From: a virus
IMG/VR virus record: IMGVR_UViG_3300008114_000040
Span: 25,568-89,567 of that record
Reading direction: 5' to 3' (one strand)
DNA: 64,000 bases
Under the pieces are notes generated by a model, which was not told the DNA's origin, did not search any database, and saw only the letters and a list, made by a program, of their open reading frames with translations. Positions 59,766-64,000 of this stretch are shown here, one piece after another (position 1 is the first letter of the stretch; each line of letters opens with the position of its first letter). The translations under genes and the position numbers were made by a program.

Positions 59766-60795
59766 AAACAATCTAACAAAACACGAACAAGTTGTTACAA
59801 AACTTGAAAGACAAAATCTTTTAAAACAAAAGTCACCAGTGATTTGGTTAACTGGCTTATCGGGGTCAGGAAAATCAACCATCGCAAATGAACTAGCAAG
59901 GCAATTATTTGAAATGGGTAAATTATCGTACATTTTGGATGGTGATAATATTAGACTTGGACTTAATAAAGATTTAGGATTTTCTGATGATGACAGAAAA
60001 GAGAACATTAGAAGGATTGCCGAAACTGCAAAACTTTTTTCAGACGCCGGTGTTATCACAATAACGGCATTTATTTCACCATTTATTAATGATAGGGAGT
60101 TAGCTAAAGAAATAATTGGTGAAAGTGATTTTTTTGAAATATTTGTTGATAGTTCATTGGAATTATGTGAAACAAGGGACCCAAAAGGGTTGTACAAAAA
60201 AGCAAGAACGGGTGAAATTAAAATGTTTACCGGGATTGACTCACCTTATGAAAAACCAATAAATCCTTTTATGGTGTTAAAAACCGAAAATACAACACCG
60301 GAAGACTTGGCGAAAAAAATAATAAAAAAAATAACATTTTATTTTTTGTGGGAAAAAATCAATCACGGGGGTGAACCAACAAATAATAAAGATAAAAAAT
60401 ATGCAATTTTTATAGGCCGTTTTCAACCTCCGCATTTGGGTCATTTTCAGTTAATTGAACAAAAGTTAAACGAAGGGGTCCCCGCACTTATTATGGTAAG
60501 AGACATTGAACCGGACGAAAAAAATCCATTTACAACTGAACAAACAATCAATATGGTTGAAAAATATCACCATTCAAAAGGACACGACGTAAAAGTTATG
60601 TCAATTCCGGATATTGAATCAGTTAACTTTGGTAGGGGTGTAGGTTATGAAATTAATGAGTTTATTCCACCAAAAGATTTGGCATTTATTTCTGCAACAA
60701 AAATTAGAGAATCAATCAAAAATAGTGATGATACCTGGAGAAATATGGTTGATGAGTCAATACAAAATGATGTTATAGAATATTTAAAAGTATGA
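59746..60795 (+). CDS. cysC: Adenylyl-sulfate (APS) kinase fused to a C-terminal HxGH nucleotidyltransferase domain
   Basis: WLTGLSGSGKST, LDGDNIR, RRIAE, FISP, RDPKGLYKKAR.GEI..FTGIDSPYE.P; then IGRFQPPHLGH...NPF...ISATKIR. Confidence 0.9.
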   Translation: MNSDTTKNNLTKHEQVVTKLERQNLLKQKSPVIWLTGLSGSGKSTIANELARQLFEMGKLSYILDGDNIRLGLNKDLGFSDDDRKENIRRIAETAKLFSDAGVITITAFISPFINDRELAKEIIGESDFFEIFVDSSLELCETRDPKGLYKKARTGEIKMFTGIDSPYEKPINPFMVLKTENTTPEDLAKKIIKKITFYFLWEKINHGGEPTNNKDKKYAIFIGRFQPPHLGHFQLIEQKLNEGVPALIMVRDIEPDEKNPFTTEQTINMVEKYHHSKGHDVKVMSIPDIESVNFGRGVGYEINEFIPPKDLAFISATKIRESIKNSDDTWRNMVDESIQNDVIEYLKV

Positions 60796-61223
60796 GTCAA
60801 GAAAAAACATACCAAATAAGATACAACACACATTCAAAAGATGATAATGATAGTTGGAGGTTAATATGTGATGGTGAAGAAACGTTGGTTTCTGACATTA
60901 TTATAACATCAAAAACAAGAACAACAAAAGATTATATTGAAGATTTGGGAAACAAATATCACATTACTTGTGAAGGGGTTTTGGAGGTTAAAGATAATGT
61001 TGCTCACATTAAAACAAAAAGACCGGATAATCCGAATATTCGTCACATCTTAAAAACGATAACCTATAGATTAACAGCAACTTGTGTAACCGTATTAACC
61101 GCATATTTTTTGGGTATGTCCTTGGAAGTGTCATCATTAATCGGAATTGGAGAATTAACAATTAAACCTTTTATTTATTTTTTACACGAAAAATTATGGT
61201 TTAAATTCGGAAATTTTAAATGA
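60792..61223 (+). CDS. DUF2061-like membrane protein with extra N-terminal soluble domain
   Basis: C-terminal RHILKTITYR...T...IG..E...K..IYFLHEKLW matches DUF2061. Confidence 0.7.
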   Translation: MSQEKTYQIRYNTHSKDDNDSWRLICDGEETLVSDIIITSKTRTTKDYIEDLGNKYHITCEGVLEVKDNVAHIKTKRPDNPNIRHILKTITYRLTATCVTVLTAYFLGMSLEVSSLIGIGELTIKPFIYFLHEKLWFKFGNFK

Positions 61224-62241
61224 TTTTCTCCAAAACTTTTATAACTTCCTCAGTTGAGGTGTAATCTTCAATTTCATAATCAACCGATTCCAAATTGTTT
61301 TTTCCGATTCTAATCATATTTGTTTGGAATTCGTGATCAAGTGGTGTACAATCACTTATCATAATGACCGGTTTACCACAACCCCAAGCAACCCAAGATA
61401 GACCAGATGATACACCCATAAAAAACTCAGAATAAAACAAATCAACCATTCGTTCTTTTAATGGATAGTCGCCGGTTAAATTGATTACATTTTCTAATGT
61501 TGTCGATTCTTTTGATATAACAACCACTTTAATACCTTTTGAGTTTAAATAATTAACGACGTTTTGCCATCCGTTCGGTTCCTTCCATTCCTTTTTTGGT
61601 GCACTACCTTTTTCAGAAATACAAACATATCTACCAGATATTCTCCGATGATTATGTTCAATTGATTTCATTAAGTCCGGAACTATTTCCGTATATTCTA
61701 GACCCAATATATCACAAGCGGTTTGTTGAAGTGGTATTTTTTTTGAATCTTTTGGTGAGTAAACACCGTCATTGTCGTGAGCACCAATATAATATTGAGC
61801 GTACACATTATGGGCTTGTGTATTTGGTTCTAAAAATAAAATGTCCGGATATACGTGTTTAAAAATATCATTAAAATACGCCGAACATAAAACATGACAA
61901 TTGTGTTTTTTTCTAAACTCATCAACATATGGAATCCAAGCCAAGTTATCACCCAAGGCCCTACCATCAATTTTTATAAAAACATATTTGTTTGTAAGGT
62001 CAAACTTATCGGTATGGATTAGTTCGTTGTCCTTATAAATTTTAATTAACCAGTCACAATACCATTGTCTATAACCATATACTTTTTCGTTTGAATAAAA
62101 GGTTTGTGAATGAACAATTTCTGAAGTTTGGTTATCAATGAATTCAATAAAATATTCATTTTGCTCATTTTCAATGATTACGCAAGCCGGTGCGTTTCCT
62201 TGAAGTGGTAAAGTTGTTTTATAATTAATCTTGATTTGCAT
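61216..62241 (-). CDS. Aah/TibC-like (autotransporter heptosyltransferase-type) GT-B glycosyltransferase; start likely 62241
   Basis: ALGDNLAWIPYVDEFRKKHNC, PLQQTACDILGL, YVCIS...KEW...GW..VV.YL..G, FFMGVSSGLSWVAW..GKPVIMIS. Confidence 0.75.
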   Translation of the reverse strand: MQIKINYKTTLPLQGNAPACVIIENEQNEYFIEFIDNQTSEIVHSQTFYSNEKVYGYRQWYCDWLIKIYKDNELIHTDKFDLTNKYVFIKIDGRALGDNLAWIPYVDEFRKKHNCHVLCSAYFNDIFKHVYPDILFLEPNTQAHNVYAQYYIGAHDNDGVYSPKDSKKIPLQQTACDILGLEYTEIVPDLMKSIEHNHRRISGRYVCISEKGSAPKKEWKEPNGWQNVVNYLNSKGIKVVVISKESTTLENVINLTGDYPLKERMVDLFYSEFFMGVSSGLSWVAWGCGKPVIMISDCTPLDHEFQTNMIRIGKNNLESVDYEIEDYTSTEEVIKVLEKII

Positions 62242-63433
62242 TACTATTTTTATACAGGTTTGTTTCTGGGTTATATTCCAAATAAGTATTTGGTATGTTA
62301 TTAAATAAGTTTTCAATTAATAGATCATACATACTTATCAGTTCTTCATTTTCGGCAAAGTATCTATTTAATACCTGGTCGTTTCTTTTGTCATATTCCT
62401 CAATATTTTCATCATGATGTTTTAAAATATAATTTAACATCTTTCCACCTTCTTTTGTATTGGAACCTTCGTAATAATAACCCAAATCCTTACAAAGTGG
62501 TGCATTGTGTAATATTGGATAACCCATATAAACTGCGTCCAGATATAAATAATTGAGGGGGTTTAACAATTGGTGTGATACAATTACATCCGCGTGTTGA
62601 GATAAGATATAGGGTGTTTGATATCTACTTTCGGCAGTTATCATTTTGTCCTTACCCAAATCAAGTTTTTTAATAAGTTGAACAAAGTTTTGTTTTTTGT
62701 TTAACTTATCACCTCCAAAAATATATACATTCTCAATATTTTCTTTCCCTTCTGATCTATAACTTTCTTCACAAACAAATATTGGAATCAAACAAAATTT
62801 AACCACATTAATGTTTGGTTCCATTATTGCGATGTTCTTTTTTTCCTTTCCGATTTGGTATCTAAAATCTTTTTTATAATGACCGGATTTGTAACCTTTC
62901 TCAATGTCAAGTATGGAATTTTTTATAAACTTATAGTGCCATATAAATGGAACAGCTAAAGCGTTTGTTCTATGGAGTGTTGAAAAATAACCTTGACAGG
63001 TCTCGTGTTGTTGGGGGACATACCAAACTTCATCGTATAAATCCTCATTTTCATATTCAGTGGTTTTAAAACCTTCGTGGAATAAAAACTTCTCAACACC
63101 TAATATGTAGTTATTTCCACACTTATAAGAAATTACTTTTTTGTTTTTATCCTTTTTAAATTCCTCAACTAAGTCCCATTTCATTTGTGAACCCATCGCA
63201 ACTAACAAATCCATTTCAGAATATGCGTCGTCAAAATACCTTAGTTTAACACCATCAAAATGTTTGGGGAGTGTTTCTGGTACGTCAATTTTATTTACAT
63301 TCAATAAATAAACATCATAATTTTTAGTTGAATGTGTCAACATATGGATAAAATAAAATATGTTGAGTTTTAACCCATTTGTCCAAATGGATTCATTTAC
63401 ATCTTTGAGAGATATGCTTACACCTATTTTCAT
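62225..63433 (-). CDS. DUF2827-like protein (putative glycosyltransferase)
   Basis: SIWTNG..N, CGNNY, VPFIW, IMEPNINVVK..LIP, VSHQ..NPLNYLY.D.VY.GYP.LHN. Confidence 0.7.
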   Translation of the reverse strand: MKIGVSISLKDVNESIWTNGLKLNIFYFIHMLTHSTKNYDVYLLNVNKIDVPETLPKHFDGVKLRYFDDAYSEMDLLVAMGSQMKWDLVEEFKKDKNKKVISYKCGNNYILGVEKFLFHEGFKTTEYENEDLYDEVWYVPQQHETCQGYFSTLHRTNALAVPFIWHYKFIKNSILDIEKGYKSGHYKKDFRYQIGKEKKNIAIMEPNINVVKFCLIPIFVCEESYRSEGKENIENVYIFGGDKLNKKQNFVQLIKKLDLGKDKMITAESRYQTPYILSQHADVIVSHQLLNPLNYLYLDAVYMGYPILHNAPLCKDLGYYYEGSNTKEGGKMLNYILKHHDENIEEYDKRNDQVLNRYFAENEELISMYDLLIENLFNNIPNTYLEYNPETNLYKNSNANQD

Positions 63434-63454
63434 GTTTTAAATATAATTATTTTC

Positions 63455-63487
63455 AAAAAAAAATGGAGTCCATTTCTGAACTCCATC
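63455..63487 (-). terminator. Rho-independent terminator after the fibre gene
   Basis: ATGGAGT/ACTCCAT stem followed by a long T tract on the minus strand. Confidence 0.6.
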
Positions 63488-63507
63488 TTTCTTTTTTTTA
63501 TCTAAGA

Positions 63508-63999
63508 TTAAATATCACCGTAGATAATTAATTTACTAACAGCAGACGGCGCGGTATTAAATGTAATTGTATTACCTACAATTGTATAATCATTACCTCC
63601 ATCTTGTTGAAGTAAACCATTTAAGAACACTTGTTCTCTGTTTGCAACTAATGTTCCAGTTGTAACTTCAAACACATTATTTGTTCCATCAACTGCACCT
63701 GAGTAGGCCAATCTTTGGAATGCACCAGTTGTTACATTTGAAATCGCATCATCAACATAAAGTTTTGTAACCAATGTCAAATCATCAAATTGAGTTAAAC
63801 CAGATGGTTGAGCTGTCAATCTAATGTTATCAGACATTGTTAAACCTGTTGTATAGAACTCAGCAAGGTTTGATCTGTTCTCATTGTCAGCACCATTACC
63901 AATAATTGCAAGTTGAGTGTCACCAGATACGTTAAATGTTCCTTGAACGTGTTGTGCTCTACCTGCTGCAATTGTTCCTTCACCTTCAGCATGCGAATA
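63508..63999 (-). CDS. C-terminal part of a fibre / adhesin-like virion protein (runs off window end)
   Basis: Frame open to the edge: YSHAEGEGTIAAGRAQHVQGTFN...IIGNG...RSN (Hep_Hag/YadA-like repeat), TKLYVD neck-like motif, C-terminal VFLNGLLQ..G.DYT..GNTITF..AP domain. Confidence 0.7.
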   Translation of the reverse strand, partial: YSHAEGEGTIAAGRAQHVQGTFNVSGDTQLAIIGNGADNENRSNLAEFYTTGLTMSDNIRLTAQPSGLTQFDDLTLVTKLYVDDAISNVTTGAFQRLAYSGAVDGTNNVFEVTTGTLVANREQVFLNGLLQQDGGNDYTIVGNTITFNTAPSAVSKLIIYGDI

Positions 64000-64000
64000 A

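Noticed and set aside
59619-60197. 192 aa antisense ORF over cysC, and other shadow ORFs (e.g. 36788..37273, 42925..43326, 54134..54436, 20759..21028)
   Set aside because: They lie opposite well-supported genes and show no motifs; expected from codon bias
57525-60795. DNA hypermodification role for the GT8, methyltransferase and sulfotransferase
   Set aside because: No modified-nucleotide pathway genes (hydroxymethylase, kinase, queuosine-type) in the window, and these families are typical of glycan or protein modification; disfavoured but not excluded
1-64000. Stop-codon reassignment as in some jumbo or Lak phages
   Set aside because: Standard-code ORFs tile the window densely with intact genes up to 2180 aa; TAA and TGA end genes and TAG does not interrupt them
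1-64000. CRISPR arrays, tRNA/rRNA genes, group I/II introns, DGR reverse transcriptase
   Set aside because: Intergenic gaps are short and AT-rich; I saw no repeat-spacer array, cloverleaf, RT motif or intron-split gene by eye

Overview
AT-rich (about 30% GC by eye) 64 kb segment of a large, contractile-tailed (myovirus-type, probably jumbo) phage, read in the standard genetic code. Genes lack Shine-Dalgarno sites and the class Ia RNR is of a Bacteroidota/eukaryote-like type, which points to a Bacteroidota host (inference). Contents in order: baseplate genes (gp6-like, gp25-like); nrdA/nrdB; an intein-containing DnaB/gp41 helicase; a 5'-3' exonuclease; an intein-containing C5 DNA methyltransferase; RecA/UvsX; gp32-like SSB; a tail module (hub, LysM/gpX, tube initiator with an OmpA-like domain, tape measure, chaperone, tube, sheath, neck); SNF2 helicase; a peptidase-like/SOD fusion; and a family B DNA polymerase. 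The right end holds a surface-modification cluster next to a YadA/Hep_Hag-like fibre gene. Best candidate for an undescribed system: this cluster, with a putative one-polypeptide PAPS synthase (APS kinase fused to a small HxGH nucleotidyltransferase), a sulfotransferase, DUF2061, three glycosyltransferase-like genes and a SAM methyltransferase, which could build sulfated, methylated glycans on the virion. Other notable signals: a class 3 (Ala1, W-C-T) intein; an intein whose +1 residue is the MTase catalytic Cys; near absence of TCGA; a +1 frameshift site (UUU_UUU_CGG) in the tail chaperone; a recurring TATTTAT promoter-like motif; and shared I/L-x-E leaders on putative capsid-packaged cargo proteins. 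All family calls come from motif recognition by eye; no database searches were run.
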